Below, piece by piece: positions 31,355 to 41,403 of a stretch of DNA of 64,000 bases. The position numbers and the translations under genes are program-made. The stretch is from assembly GCA_963742735.1 (NCBI GenBank), contig CAVUMN010000003.1, positions 608,001 through 672,000 on the forward strand, given 5' to 3'. Every line of letters begins with the position of its first letter. Positions within the stretch are counted from its first letter, which is position 1. This DNA is from an uncultured Actinomycetes bacterium (GTDB lineage: Bacteria > Actinomycetota > UBA4738 > JBBDTT01). A model generated the notes under the pieces. That model had not been told where the DNA came from and did not search any database. It worked only from the letters and a program-made list of their open reading frames with translations.

Positions 31355-31813
31355 CTACTCGTCGTCCAGGTGTCCCCAGCCGCCGATGAAGTTGGCGGTG
31401 GGGGTGGCTCCCATGAGCTGCTCGGTCCGCCGGCACACGATCTCGAGGATCCGCAGGGCGATCGTCGGCTCGGCCTCCAGGAGGGCCCAGAACCCCTCCC
31501 GCTCGATCGTCAGGCAGCGGGTCGCCGCCGAGCACCGGACGGTGGCCGTGTAGCGGCCTCCGCCGAGCAGCGCGATCTCGCCGACGAAGTCGCCCGCGTG
31601 GACCGTGGCGATCGCCACGCCGCCCCGGAGCACGACCCCGTTGCCCTCCAGCAGCAGGTGGAACCGGTGGCCGACCACGCCCTCCTGGGTCAGCTCCGCG
31701 CCCTCGGGGTGCTGGGTTTCCTCGGCCGCCTCCACGAGCTTGGCGCGCCCTTCCGGCGAGACCGTGGAGAAGACCGTGACTTTCTTGAGGACGTCGGGAT
31801 CGATGGCGGCCAC
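31355..31813 (-). CDS. Stand-alone cyclic nucleotide-binding domain protein
   Basis: GAELTQEG, GDFVGEIALL..RYTATV. Confidence 0.85.
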   Translation of the reverse strand: MAAIDPDVLKKVTVFSTVSPEGRAKLVEAAEETQHPEGAELTQEGVVGHRFHLLLEGNGVVLRGGVAIATVHAGDFVGEIALLGGGRYTATVRCSAATRCLTIEREGFWALLEAEPTIALRILEIVCRRTEQLMGATPTANFIGGWGHLDDE

Positions 31814-31879
31814 GGGGCCGAACCCTACACGAAGGCGTCCGGGGGGAGTCCCTACGGTGGGTGCATACAATCCGGCATC

Positions 31880-32605
31880 GTGAATGCGACCGGAACGGGC
31901 ATCGGCCGGGCGCTCAAGGTGGCCCGGGAGGGCCGGGGCAAGACGGTCGAGGAGGCCAGCCGGGAGACGCGCATCCGCGTGGAATACCTCCAGGCCCTCG
32001 AGGGGGAGGCCTTCGATCGCCTCCACGGCGACGTCTACGTGCGGGGGTTCCTCCGCTCGTACGCGAGCTACCTGGGGCTCGACGCCGACAAGGTGCTCCA
32101 GGCGTACGGCCGCGTGTACGGCAACCAGCCGGTGCTTCCCGCCGCGGCGCCGTCCTCGCCGCAGGTGGCGACGAGCCCCGACGGGCATCCGCTGATCCAC
32201 CGCCCCGCCAACTGGCGGCTGGCGGTCGCCGCCGCCGCCGCGGCGGTCCTGGTCGTGGCGGTGATCGCCCTCGTGTCCCGGTCGAACCCCGGCGAGACCG
32301 CGGACCCGTCCGGGCCGGCCGTGGAGACCTCCACGCCGCCGGTGGTGGCGAACCTGGTGGCGCTCGAGGAGGTGGGCGCGCGGATCCTGGTCGACGGGCT
32401 CGTCATCTTCGACGGAACGCTCGCCCGGGGCGAGGCGCGCAGCCTGCTGGGCCACGACCGGATCCTGTTCGAGTTCGCGAGCGGGGGGAGCGTCCGGCTC
32501 ACGGTGAACGGCACCAAGCTGGGCGCGCCCGGTGTGCTCGGGGAGCCCTATCAGATCTCCTACGGGCCCAACGACTTCAGGGGGTCGCCGTCGAGCGGCG
32601 GGTGA
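31880..32605 (+). CDS. RodZ-like protein (HTH, TM, DUF4115-like)
   Basis: IGRALKVARE..TRIRVEYLQALE..YVRGFLRSYASYLGLD; GSVRLTVNG; between ftsK and pgsA. Confidence 0.88.
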   Translation: MNATGTGIGRALKVAREGRGKTVEEASRETRIRVEYLQALEGEAFDRLHGDVYVRGFLRSYASYLGLDADKVLQAYGRVYGNQPVLPAAAPSSPQVATSPDGHPLIHRPANWRLAVAAAAAAVLVVAVIALVSRSNPGETADPSGPAVETSTPPVVANLVALEEVGARILVDGLVIFDGTLARGEARSLLGHDRILFEFASGGSVRLTVNGTKLGAPGVLGEPYQISYGPNDFRGSPSSGG

Positions 32606-33156
32606 GCCCGTTCGGGCTGGGGTGGCCGAACCTCATCTCGCTGCTTCGGATCCTCCTGGTCCCGGGCCTGGTGCTCCTGGTGGTCGACGGCAGCCGGGGG
32701 GCGTCGTTCGCCGCCGCGGCGCTGTTCGTGTTCGGCGCCGTGACCGACGGCCTGGACGGGTACCTCGCCCGGCGCTACGACTCGGTCACCCGCACGGGCC
32801 AGTGGCTCGATCCGCTCTCGGACAAGGTGTTCGTCTCCGCGCCGGTGATCACCCTGACCGCACTCGACCGGTTCCCGCTGTGGGCGGCCGCGATCATCGT
32901 GGTGCGCGAGATCGCCGTCTCGCTGCTTCGGGTGTACCTGGGAGGCCGGGGCCGGGCCATGCCGGCGTCGGCCCTCGGGAAGGCCAAGACGGCCGCGCAG
33001 CTCCTGGCGATCCTGCTGTACCTGCTCCCCGACGCCGTGGACGTGATCGACCCGTGGGGGACGGTGGTGGTGATGATCGCGGTCCTCCTGACGGTGTGGT
33101 CGGGCCTGGACTACGCCGTGAAGTCGCTCCGCACGGTGGACACGCCGGCCACGTGA
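32602..33156 (+). CDS. pgsA: CDP-diacylglycerol--glycerol-3-phosphate 3-phosphatidyltransferase
   Basis: PNLISLLR, TDGLDGYLARR..TGQWLDPLSDK, GKAKT. Confidence 0.95.
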   Translation: MSPFGLGWPNLISLLRILLVPGLVLLVVDGSRGASFAAAALFVFGAVTDGLDGYLARRYDSVTRTGQWLDPLSDKVFVSAPVITLTALDRFPLWAAAIIVVREIAVSLLRVYLGGRGRAMPASALGKAKTAAQLLAILLYLLPDAVDVIDPWGTVVVMIAVLLTVWSGLDYAVKSLRTVDTPAT

Positions 33157-34439
33157 CCACCGCCGAGCTGGTGGCCGTCGGCACCGAGATCCTCCTCGGG
33201 CAGATCGAGAACTCCAACGCGCGGTGGATGTCGGATCGGCTCGCGCTGATCGGCGTCGACGTGCTGCACCACCAGGTGGTGGGGGACAACGAGGACCGCA
33301 TCGCCGACGCGCTCCGCCTGGCCCTGTCGCGGGCCGACGTGGTCATCGCCACCGGCGGGCTGGGACCCACCCAGGACGACGTGACCCGGGAGGGCCTCGC
33401 CGCGGCGCTCGGGGTGGAGCTCGAGCCGGTGCCGGCCGTCGAGGCGTGGCTCCGTGAGCGGTTCGCGGCGCTCGGACGGGAGATGCCCGAGTCGAACCTG
33501 CGCCAGGCGCTGGTCCCAGCCGGCGCTCGGTACATCACGCCCGAGCGGGGGACCGCGCCCGGCCTGATCGTCCAGCACGAGGGCCGCCGGCTCTACCTGG
33601 TGCCCGGCGTGCCGGCCGAGATGAAGGAGATGCTCGAGGGGACGATCCTCCCCGAGCTCGCCGAGCTGGCCGGCGGCATGACGATCGTCTCCCGCGTCCT
33701 GAAGGTGACCGGGATGGCGGAGTCCCGCCTGGCAGAGGTCCTCGACGACCTGTTCCGGAGCTCGACCAACCCGACCGTCGCCTTCCTGGCCACCTCCGGA
33801 GAGGTGAAGGTCCGCCTGACCGCCAAGGCGGCCTCCCGCGCCGAGGCCGAGGCGCGCATCGAGCCACTGGCCGAGGAGGTGGCCCGCCGGCTGGGGGATC
33901 GGGTGTTCTCCACCGACGACGAGCAGCTCGAGCACGTCGTCGGCCGGCTGCTGAAGGCGGAGCAGCGGACCCTCGCCTGCGCCGAGTCGCTCACCGGCGG
34001 CGAGCTCGCCGCGCGGCTCACGGCGGCCCCCGGCTCCTCGGCGTTCTTCGTGGGGTCGGCGGTGTGTTACACGGAGGCCGCAAAGCGGGACGTGCTCGGG
34101 GTTCGTCAGGAGACCATCGACGGTCCGGGCGTGGTCAGCGAGGCGTGCGCGATGGAGATGGCCCGGGGCGCACGCGGGCTGTTCGGCGCGGACATCGCGG
34201 TGTCGCTCACCGGGGTGGCCGGGCCCGACCCGCACGACGGCGAACCGGTCGGCCGCGTGTGGGTGGCGATCTCCACCGAGGGCGGCGAGCAAGCCGCGAC
34301 CTTCAACGCGCCCGGCGATCGCGATCAGATCCGGAGGTGGGCGGAACAGGCCGCGCTCGACATGGTCCGCCGGGAGCTGTTGGGGCTCCGCCAGCTCCGG
34401 GGCCGGCCCGGGGATCCGTTCGACGCCTCCCAGGCGTGA
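33153..34439 (+). CDS. cinA: Competence/damage-inducible protein CinA (MoCF-like plus PncC domains)
   Basis: VGTEILLG, TGGLGPTQDDVT, GTAPG, PGVPAEM, AESLTGG, TGVAGP. Confidence 0.95.
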   Translation: MTTAELVAVGTEILLGQIENSNARWMSDRLALIGVDVLHHQVVGDNEDRIADALRLALSRADVVIATGGLGPTQDDVTREGLAAALGVELEPVPAVEAWLRERFAALGREMPESNLRQALVPAGARYITPERGTAPGLIVQHEGRRLYLVPGVPAEMKEMLEGTILPELAELAGGMTIVSRVLKVTGMAESRLAEVLDDLFRSSTNPTVAFLATSGEVKVRLTAKAASRAEAEARIEPLAEEVARRLGDRVFSTDDEQLEHVVGRLLKAEQRTLACAESLTGGELAARLTAAPGSSAFFVGSAVCYTEAAKRDVLGVRQETIDGPGVVSEACAMEMARGARGLFGADIAVSLTGVAGPDPHDGEPVGRVWVAISTEGGEQAATFNAPGDRDQIRRWAEQAALDMVRRELLGLRQLRGRPGDPFDASQA

Positions 34440-35026
34440 CGTCCGAGGCGCCGCCCGGCGACCGGCCGCTCCGCCTGTTCGTGGCGGTGGACCTGCCTCC
34501 CGCGTCCCTCCAGGCGGTCGAGGCGGCGTCCGTGGCGTGGCGGGACCGGCTGGGCGACGGGGTCGGCCGGTGGGTGGTCACCGAGAACCAGCACGTGACC
34601 GTGGGGTTCCTGGGGCGAACCTGGCCGCGCCAGCTGGACTGGGTCCGCGAGCGGCTGACGGAGGCCGCCGCGCCCGTGCGGCCGTTCGAGACCGGCCTGT
34701 CGGCGTTCGGCGTGTTCCCCGGGCGGGGGTCGGCGCGGGTCCTGTGGCTGGGCCTCGACGAGCGGGGCGGGGGATGGGACGCCCTGGCCGGCTCGGTTCG
34801 GACGGCGCTCGCCGAGGAGTTCCCTCCCGAGGCGCGCCCCTACACCCCCCACCTGACGCTGGCGCGCTTCGAGCCGCGCGTCTCGCTGGCCGGCCACGCC
34901 GAGGCCCTGACGGAGCCGGTCGTCGCGCCGCGATTCCGCGTGAAGGCGATCACCCTGTACCGGAGCCACCTCATGCGTCCGCGGCCGAGGTACGAGCCCC
35001 TGGCCCGATTCGGGCTGAACGGCTGA
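34436..35026 (+). CDS. thpR: RNA 2',3'-cyclic phosphodiesterase (2H family)
   Basis: RLFVAV, HVTVGFLG, YTPHLTLAR. Confidence 0.9.
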   Translation: MTSEAPPGDRPLRLFVAVDLPPASLQAVEAASVAWRDRLGDGVGRWVVTENQHVTVGFLGRTWPRQLDWVRERLTEAAAPVRPFETGLSAFGVFPGRGSARVLWLGLDERGGGWDALAGSVRTALAEEFPPEARPYTPHLTLARFEPRVSLAGHAEALTEPVVAPRFRVKAITLYRSHLMRPRPRYEPLARFGLNG

Positions 35027-35032
35027 GCCGGG

Positions 35033-36595
35033 TCAGGGGCGCGGGCGCCCCCCCGGCTCCTCCTCGTCCTCGTCGTTGGGAGGCGCGACCGGGGCGTCGT
35101 GCTCGAACGACTCCGGGTTCGTGAGCTGTTCGACGACCTCCTGGCCCACCTCGCCCGGTCGGGGCGCGCCCCCGCCTCCGCTCTCGCGGCTGCCGGCCGG
35201 AGGTTCCTCCGGCCACTCGAACGTGTCCGCGTCGGCCTCTCCCGGCCTGCGGGGGTACCACGCGTCGAGGTCCTCGGGGTCGTCAGCGCCGGGTCCGCGG
35301 CGCGAGGCGGCGGTCCCGGCGATCCCTGCGGCCCCGGCCGCGTCCGTCGCCACGTCCCGGGACGCCTCGTCGAAGGCGGGAGGGGTCGCCGCCGGCTCGT
35401 CCGGGCCGAACGCCCGGTCCAGGGCGGCCGCCGTGCTGAGGGGCGCCGCCCCGGCGCCCGGCGATGCGCCGACGAGGGAGGCCGCCGCCGCCGATCCGGC
35501 GTCCGGGTAGGAGGGCTCGCGCGGCAGCGTCCGGGCGCTGCGCACGCGTTTCGCGGCGGTCCCCGCGTCGGCCGAGTCGTGCAGCGCCGTGCCGGCGACG
35601 CCCAGGGTCCCCGCGATGGCCATCGCCATGCCGAGCGCGCCGAGGACCGTCTCCAGTGGGTCCGTCCCGATGTCCACCAGGACGGCTCCGGTGCAGGCCT
35701 GGCCGCCCTGGAGCGTGGCCTCCCCGGTGATCCGGTACAGCCCCGCGCCCACCCAGTCGTAGTCGCCGACGAGGGCCGAGGCGGACACGCTGGTCCCCTG
35801 GACGCGTTGATCGATCGGGATCCACGCCGGCCCGTAGTACAGACGGAACTCGCCGTCCGCCGGCGCGGTCGGGCCGGTCAGGCTGAACGTCACGTGGTCC
35901 TCCGGCAGCAGCAGGATCGCCTGGTCCTCGTCCAGGCTGTCGTGGCCGGTCAGATCCTGCCCGGCGAAGGCGCCGGTGCATGGGCCCGAGGTCTCGGCGA
36001 GGGCGGTGGCCGGGAACAGCACGAGCAGGGCCGGGACGAGCGCCAAGAGCGCGCTGAGTGCGCTGAACGCCGCGGCGGCCGGCGCGGGGAGGTCATGCAG
36101 CCGCCGGTTCACGCGCCGGACCGTGAACGCCCACGTGATCGACGGCAGGACGAGCCCGCCCAGCAGGCCTCCGATGACGCCCTTGAGCAGCAGCGACGAG
36201 GTCATCGCCGAGACGGAGTACTGCTGCAGGATGATGGCGGTCCCGACGCCGCCCGCCACGCCGCACAGGATCGCCCACGGCCGGAGCTGCGGCCGCCACC
36301 CCAGGCGCGTGTTGCCCTTGCGGAACGGGTCCCGGCGGAGCGCTCGTCCGGGGCGGAGCGCGACGAGCCAGGGGAGGACGAACCCGAACACGATCCCCGC
36401 GGCGAGGCCGCGAGGGCCGTACTGCATGGTCAGCGCGACGGTTCCGGCGAGGGCCACGAGCCGTCCGAGGAGCGCCAGGAACCGGAGCCCGAAGGAGCGT
36501 TTCGCGGCGGGGACGGGGTGGCGAACGGAGGCCATGGCCGGAGCTCCAGCGATCGGGTGGGGCGGATGCTCCGGCGGGGCGGTCGACGATGTCAA
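35033..36595 (-). CDS. Hypothetical multi-pass membrane protein with a beta domain and acidic disordered tail
   Basis: Long ORF filling the thpR-recA gap; several TM segments; start uncertain. Confidence 0.65.
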   Translation of the reverse strand: MTSSTAPPEHPPHPIAGAPAMASVRHPVPAAKRSFGLRFLALLGRLVALAGTVALTMQYGPRGLAAGIVFGFVLPWLVALRPGRALRRDPFRKGNTRLGWRPQLRPWAILCGVAGGVGTAIILQQYSVSAMTSSLLLKGVIGGLLGGLVLPSITWAFTVRRVNRRLHDLPAPAAAAFSALSALLALVPALLVLFPATALAETSGPCTGAFAGQDLTGHDSLDEDQAILLLPEDHVTFSLTGPTAPADGEFRLYYGPAWIPIDQRVQGTSVSASALVGDYDWVGAGLYRITGEATLQGGQACTGAVLVDIGTDPLETVLGALGMAMAIAGTLGVAGTALHDSADAGTAAKRVRSARTLPREPSYPDAGSAAAASLVGASPGAGAAPLSTAAALDRAFGPDEPAATPPAFDEASRDVATDAAGAAGIAGTAASRRGPGADDPEDLDAWYPRRPGEADADTFEWPEEPPAGSRESGGGGAPRPGEVGQEVVEQLTNPESFEHDAPVAPPNDEDEEEPGGRPRP

Positions 36596-36605
36596 GCGGA
36601 AATCC

Positions 36606-36634
36606 TTGCCTTCGAACAGGTGTTCGAGTACGGT
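36606..36634 (+). promoter_or_regulatory. recA distal promoter with LexA (SOS) box in the spacer
   Basis: TTGCCT(36606)-17 nt-TACGGT(36629); TCGAAC-AGGT-GTTCGA at 36612-36627. Confidence 0.9.
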
Positions 36635-36671
36635 TCGGGTTGCAGTCGTCGAACGACAGGGGTGTAATTCA

Positions 36672-36693
36672 TGTCAGACCCTCTTGCTAACCT
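36672..36693 (+). promoter_or_regulatory. PafBC-type (RecA-NDp) promoter motif
   Basis: TGTCAG-N10-TAACCT fits TGTCRG-N10-TA-N3-T. Confidence 0.75.
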
Positions 36694-36730
36694 TCGCCGT
36701 CCAGCCCTTCCACCGTCACGGGAGGTTCGA

Positions 36731-37795
36731 ATGGAACGGGAAAAGATGCTCGACCTGGCCCTCTCCCAGATCGAGAAGCAGTACGGAAAGGGCGCCGTCA
36801 TGCGCCTGGGAGAGCATCCGGCCGGTCAGGGCGTCGCCGTGATCGGGACGGGGTCGCTGGCCCTGGACATCGCGCTGGGCATCGGGGGCATCCCCCGCGG
36901 CCGGATCATCGAGGTCTACGGCCCGGAGGGTTCGGGCAAGACCACCGTCTGCCTGCACATGATCGCCGAGGCCCAGCGGAACGGGGGCATCGCCGCCTTC
37001 GTCGACGCCGAGCACGCCCTGGACCCGACCTACGCGCGCAACCTCGGCGTGAACATCGACGAGCTGCTGATCTCGCAGCCCGACTCGGGCGAGCAGGCCC
37101 TGGAGATCGCGGACATGCTGGTTCGCTCCGGGGCGCTCGACATCGTGGTCGTGGACTCGGTCGCGGCCCTCGTCCCCCGCGCCGAGATCGAGGGGGAGAT
37201 GGGCGACACCCACGTCGGGCTCCAGGCGCGGCTGATGTCCCAGGCCATGCGCAAGCTCGCCGGGACGCTGTCGCGCTTCGACACGACCTGCGTGTTCATC
37301 AACCAACTGCGGGAGAAGATCGGCGTGATGTTCGGCTCGCCGGAGACCACCCCCGGCGGCCGCGCGCTCAAGTTCTACTCGTCGGTCCGTCTGGACGTCC
37401 GCAAGATCGAGAGCCTGAAGGACGGGACCGAGGTGGTCGGCAACCGCGTCCGCGCCAAGGTCGTGAAGAACAAGCTCGCGCCGCCCTTCCGGATGGCCGA
37501 GTTCGACATCATCTACGGCCGCGGAATCTCGAAAGAAGGTAGCCTGCTTGACGTTGGCGTGGACCTTGAGATCATCAAGAAGTCGGGTGCGTGGTTCACG
37601 TACGAGAACGAACAGCTCGGCCAGGGGAAGGAGAACGCCCGCCAGTTCCTGTCCGAGCACGCGGATGTCGCCCAGGAGATCGAGCGACGTGTCCGTGAAG
37701 GCGTGGGCCTGAGCGCCTTCGACGACGCCGATGAGGCGCCGATCGAGGTGCCGGAGCTCGCGGAGGAGCCCACCGGGGCGCCGGCCGGCGGCTAA
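36731..37795 (+). CDS. recA: Recombinase A
   Basis: [42 protein letters not shown]; GGAGG SD; no intein. Confidence 0.99.
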   Translation: MEREKMLDLALSQIEKQYGKGAVMRLGEHPAGQGVAVIGTGSLALDIALGIGGIPRGRIIEVYGPEGSGKTTVCLHMIAEAQRNGGIAAFVDAEHALDPTYARNLGVNIDELLISQPDSGEQALEIADMLVRSGALDIVVVDSVAALVPRAEIEGEMGDTHVGLQARLMSQAMRKLAGTLSRFDTTCVFINQLREKIGVMFGSPETTPGGRALKFYSSVRLDVRKIESLKDGTEVVGNRVRAKVVKNKLAPPFRMAEFDIIYGRGISKEGSLLDVGVDLEIIKKSGAWFTYENEQLGQGKENARQFLSEHADVAQEIERRVREGVGLSAFDDADEAPIEVPELAEEPTGAPAGG

Positions 37796-37804
37796 GGGGA
37801 AGGG

Positions 37805-38347
37805 CTGACGGCCGGCCCCCGGCGGGGTTCCGCACGGGATTCCGCACCCCCCGAGCGGACACCCGAGGAGGCGCGGGCGTACGCGAAGGAGCGTGCGCTC
37901 CGGCTCCTGGCGGTTCGGCCCCGGAGCCGCGCGGAGCTCGAGCAGCGGCTCGCTCGTGTGGGCGTGGGCGACGATGACGTCCGTTCGGCCCTCGAGGACC
38001 TCGAACGGGTAGGCCTCGTCGACGACGCCGCCTTCGCCCGCGAGCTCGTCGAGTCCCGGGCCGGCCACCGCCTGGAGGGAGACCGGGCGATCCGGTCGGC
38101 CCTGCGGTCGAAGGGCGTCGATCCCGCCGTCGGGGAGGCCGCGCTGGCCGAGATCGGGGGCGGGGACGAGGAGGCACGCGCGTTCGAGCTCGCCGAGCTG
38201 CGGGCCCGAAGGCTGAGCGGACTTCCTCCCGAGCGCGCGTACCCGCGCCTTCTGTCGTTCCTGCAGCGGCGCGGCTACGGCTACGGGCTGGCTTCGGGGG
38301 CCGCGCGCAGGGCGCTGGCGATCGACGGGACTCGAGACGACGACTGA
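37805..38347 (+). CDS. recX: Regulatory protein RecX (start uncertain, CTG proposed)
   Basis: RALRLLAVRPRSRAELEQRL, GLVDDAAFA, LRSKGV, FLQRRGY; directly after recA. Confidence 0.88.
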   Translation: MTAGPRRGSARDSAPPERTPEEARAYAKERALRLLAVRPRSRAELEQRLARVGVGDDDVRSALEDLERVGLVDDAAFARELVESRAGHRLEGDRAIRSALRSKGVDPAVGEAALAEIGGGDEEARAFELAELRARRLSGLPPERAYPRLLSFLQRRGYGYGLASGAARRALAIDGTRDDD

Positions 38348-38357
38348 GCCGTGCGGC

Positions 38358-39092
38358 TCAGACGATGAGTGTCACGGTGTCGCGCCGGATCCGGATGAAC
38401 AGCTGCGCGGCGTTGTTGGCCTCGTTCGTCTCCAGCAGATGGTCGCTGGGGTCCGCCGTGGAGATCAGCCAGTAGGCGCCGTTTGGCAGCCCGGTGATGT
38501 CGATGGACTGGCCCGCCAGGTTGTACAGGTAGGTGTCGGACCATCCCACCGCCAGTCCCTGGCCCCCCGTCCGCGTGCACAGCGAGTACCTCCGGGGCAT
38601 GGCGTGCGGGATCGTGTTGCTGACCTGCGTCGTGTCGACGATGCAGAAGCTCGTCTTGCCTCCGCTGCGCAGGAGGGCGCCGGGCTTGCGGCGGTCGTTC
38701 GCGCGGAGCTCGTATTTCGCGAAGTCCCCGAAGTGCCAGTGGTTGTGCGCGGAGTGGAACGCGAACGTGCCGGCCAACCGCTCGCTCACGACCGACCAGA
38801 CCATGTTGTCGTCGTGGGTCATGAGCCGCTGGTACGCGGTGGTCGTCGTGCCGACGTTCTCCGCCCGCAGATCGAGCGGGCCGTCGCCGGCGTTCCAGAC
38901 CTCGTTGCTCAGACGAAGGAGCTTGACGCCGTTCTGGTTGGTGATGCGCAAGTCTCGGGGCGGCTTCGTCTGCAGGTCCGGGAGGTGCACCGTCCCCGGA
39001 GAGCTCGCCACCGCTCCGGTTCCGGGAAGGATCCCGACGGCGATGCTCGCCACCGCCACCATGACCGCCGCCATCGCGCTCGTCCGTCGCAC
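38358..39092 (-). CDS. Secreted lysyl-oxidase-like copper protein
   Basis: Signal peptide; LPDL, N-x-GDGPL, FHSAHNHWH, KTSFCIVD, GWSDTY, IDITGLPNG-x-Y, ETNEANN. Confidence 0.8.
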   Translation of the reverse strand: MRRTSAMAAVMVAVASIAVGILPGTGAVASSPGTVHLPDLQTKPPRDLRITNQNGVKLLRLSNEVWNAGDGPLDLRAENVGTTTTAYQRLMTHDDNMVWSVVSERLAGTFAFHSAHNHWHFGDFAKYELRANDRRKPGALLRSGGKTSFCIVDTTQVSNTIPHAMPRRYSLCTRTGGQGLAVGWSDTYLYNLAGQSIDITGLPNGAYWLISTADPSDHLLETNEANNAAQLFIRIRRDTVTLIV

Positions 39093-39403
39093 CGGAACAC
39101 GGTACCGCGAAGGCCGCCCCGAATACCAGGAGAGCAAGCGGCCCGAACCGTTCCCAAGCGACCATTGCGGGGCTAGAATTTGCCCACCAGAGGTTCCAAC
39201 GAACAACACAACCGAACCGTCCGAGAAAACGACCGACATGGCGAGCGAGATTCCAACCCGACACCCCAGGAGGCGCCCGGGGCCCTGAGGAGGGCCCGCC
39301 GACCCACGTTCGCACTCGCGCATCGCCGACTCGGTCTCACCGGCATCCTCGCCGGGCCTCTGGCCCGGCGTTCGTCGTCTTCGGGCGGGGATGAGGAGGC
39401 ACG

Positions 39404-40941
39404 ATGACGGCCGTCTGGATCGTGGTCGCGCTCGTGGGGGGCGTGGGCGCGGGGTGGCTGGTCCGCAAGGCGATGGCCTCGGGCTCCCTGGAGTCCGCCG
39501 AGGCTCGTGCCGCGCGGACCCTGGCCGAGGCCGAGCGCGAGGCGGAGTCCCGCGTTCGCGACGCCCTTCAAGAGGTCAAGGACGAGATCGCCGGCATGCG
39601 CCGTGAGGCAGACGAGGACGTCCGGGGCCGTCGCGAGGAGATCCGAAAGCGAGAGGAGACGCTGTCCCGCCGCGAGGAGGCCCTCGAGGCGCGCCTCGGT
39701 GAGATCGACCAACGGGACCGGGGCCTCCAGGCCGTCCGTCAGGAGGTGGAGACCATCCGCACCGGCCTGGAGCAGGACGCCCAGAAGCACCGCGCCGAGC
39801 TCGAGCGGGTCTCCCGTTTGACCGCCCAGGAGGCCAAGGAGGCGTTGATGGGCACGGTGGTCGAGCACGCCAAGCGCGACGCGATGGGGACCGTCCGCGA
39901 GATCGAGCAGCAGGCGCGGGAGGAGGGCGAGCGGCGGGCCCGCAAGATCGTCACCCTCGCCATCCAGCGGGTCGCCACGTGAGCAGACGGCCGAGTCGAC
40001 CGTCTCGGTCTTCCCGCTGCCCTCGCGACGACATGAAGGGCCGGATCATCGGGCGGGAGGGCCGCAACATCCGCGCGTTCGAGGCCGTCACGGGGATCAA
40101 CCTCATCATCGACGACACCCCCGAGGCCGTGGTGCTCTCGAGCTTCGACCCGGTGCGGCGCGAGGTGGCCCGCCTGACCCTCGAGAAGCTCGTCGCGGAC
40201 GGCCGGATCCAACCCGCTCGCATCGAGGAGATGCACGAGCGGTCGAAGGTGGAGATCGAGGAGGAGATCCGCCGCGCCGGCGAGCGGGCCCTGATCGACA
40301 CCGGCATCGCCAGCGTGCACCCGGAGATGGTCCGCGTGCTCGGGCCGCCTCCAGTTCCGGACCTCCTACGGCCAGAACGTGCTGCGGCATCTGGTCGAGT
40401 CCGCGAACATCGCGGAGGTCATGGCCGCGGAGCTCGGGATGCCCAATCCGAAGCTGGTCGCCCGCTGCGCGTTGATGCACGACATCGGCAAGGCCCTGAC
40501 CCACGAGGTCGAGGGGTCGCACGCCCTGATCGGGGCCGAGCTCGCCCGCCGTCTGAAGGAGCCGCCCGAGGTCGTGCACGCGATCGAGTCCCACCACGGC
40601 GAGGTGGAGCAGCGAACGGTGGAGGCCGTGCTCGCCCAGGTCGCCGACTCGATCTCCGGGCGGACGGCCCGGGGCCCGCCGGGAGAGCCTGGAGACCTAC
40701 GTGAAGCGCCTGGAGCGGCTCGAGGAGATCTGCGAGTCCTACCCGGGCGTGGAGAAGACGTTCGCGATGCAGGCCGGACGCGAGGTGCGGGTCATGGTCA
40801 AGCCCGAGGACGTCGACGACCTGGCGGCGCAGGTCCTGGCGCGCGACATCGCCAAGCGGGTCGAGGAGGAGCTCCAGTACCCGGGGCAGATCAAGATCAC
40901 GGTCGTCAGGGAGCTGCGCTCCGACGGAGTTCGCGAAATGA
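39404..40941 (+). CDS. rny: Ribonuclease Y (about five apparent +1 frameshifts, likely sequencing error)
   Basis: TM plus coiled coil; [44 protein letters not shown] spread over shifting frames. Confidence 0.93.
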
Positions 40942-41372
40942 TCACGCGGCCGAGCCTGCGCGGGTCGTTCCGCCTCCGCCAAGCCGCCACCGTCGCCGGG
41001 GCCCTCGTGGTGATGGTCGGCGCGGGGCTCGCGTGGTCGAAGGGGACCCGTGACATCAGCCCGTTCCACCTCAGCCTGAAGTGGCTGATCGGAGGCTCCG
41101 CGGGAACGGACGCCGAGCCGTTGAAGTCGATCGGCATGGTCGTCCTGGTGCTGGTCGGGATCATCGTGTTCGGGCTGGTCACCGCGGGACGGGGCGTCAC
41201 GATCGCGGGTGGGCTGGGCGCCATGGCGGTGCCCCTGGCGTTCGCGGTGTCGGTGACGCGGACCTCGCGGCCGCTGTTCGACGTGCTCGGCCTGGGCGTC
41301 TACCTCACCGTCGCGGGAGGCGCGATCGCGATCATCGGCACGCTGCTCGGCGCCGGCCGCCGGCGGCGCTGA
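40938..41372 (+). CDS. Hypothetical 4-TM membrane protein
   Basis: ATGA overlap with corrected rny stop; hydrophobic segments. Confidence 0.65.
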   Translation: MITRPSLRGSFRLRQAATVAGALVVMVGAGLAWSKGTRDISPFHLSLKWLIGGSAGTDAEPLKSIGMVVLVLVGIIVFGLVTAGRGVTIAGGLGAMAVPLAFAVSVTRTSRPLFDVLGLGVYLTVAGGAIAIIGTLLGAGRRRR

Positions 41373-41403
41373 GCGCCCACACCTCGCTGCTACAGTCGAG
41401 CCC

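Noticed and set aside
37520-37580. AT-richer patch within recA containing TTGACG as an internal recX promoter
   Set aside because: No acceptable -10 at 16-18 nt spacing
40701-41372. Apparent fusion of the RNase Y C-terminus to a membrane protein
   Set aside because: Removing one base near 40923 restores ...TEFAK-stop overlapping the next ATG (ATGA)
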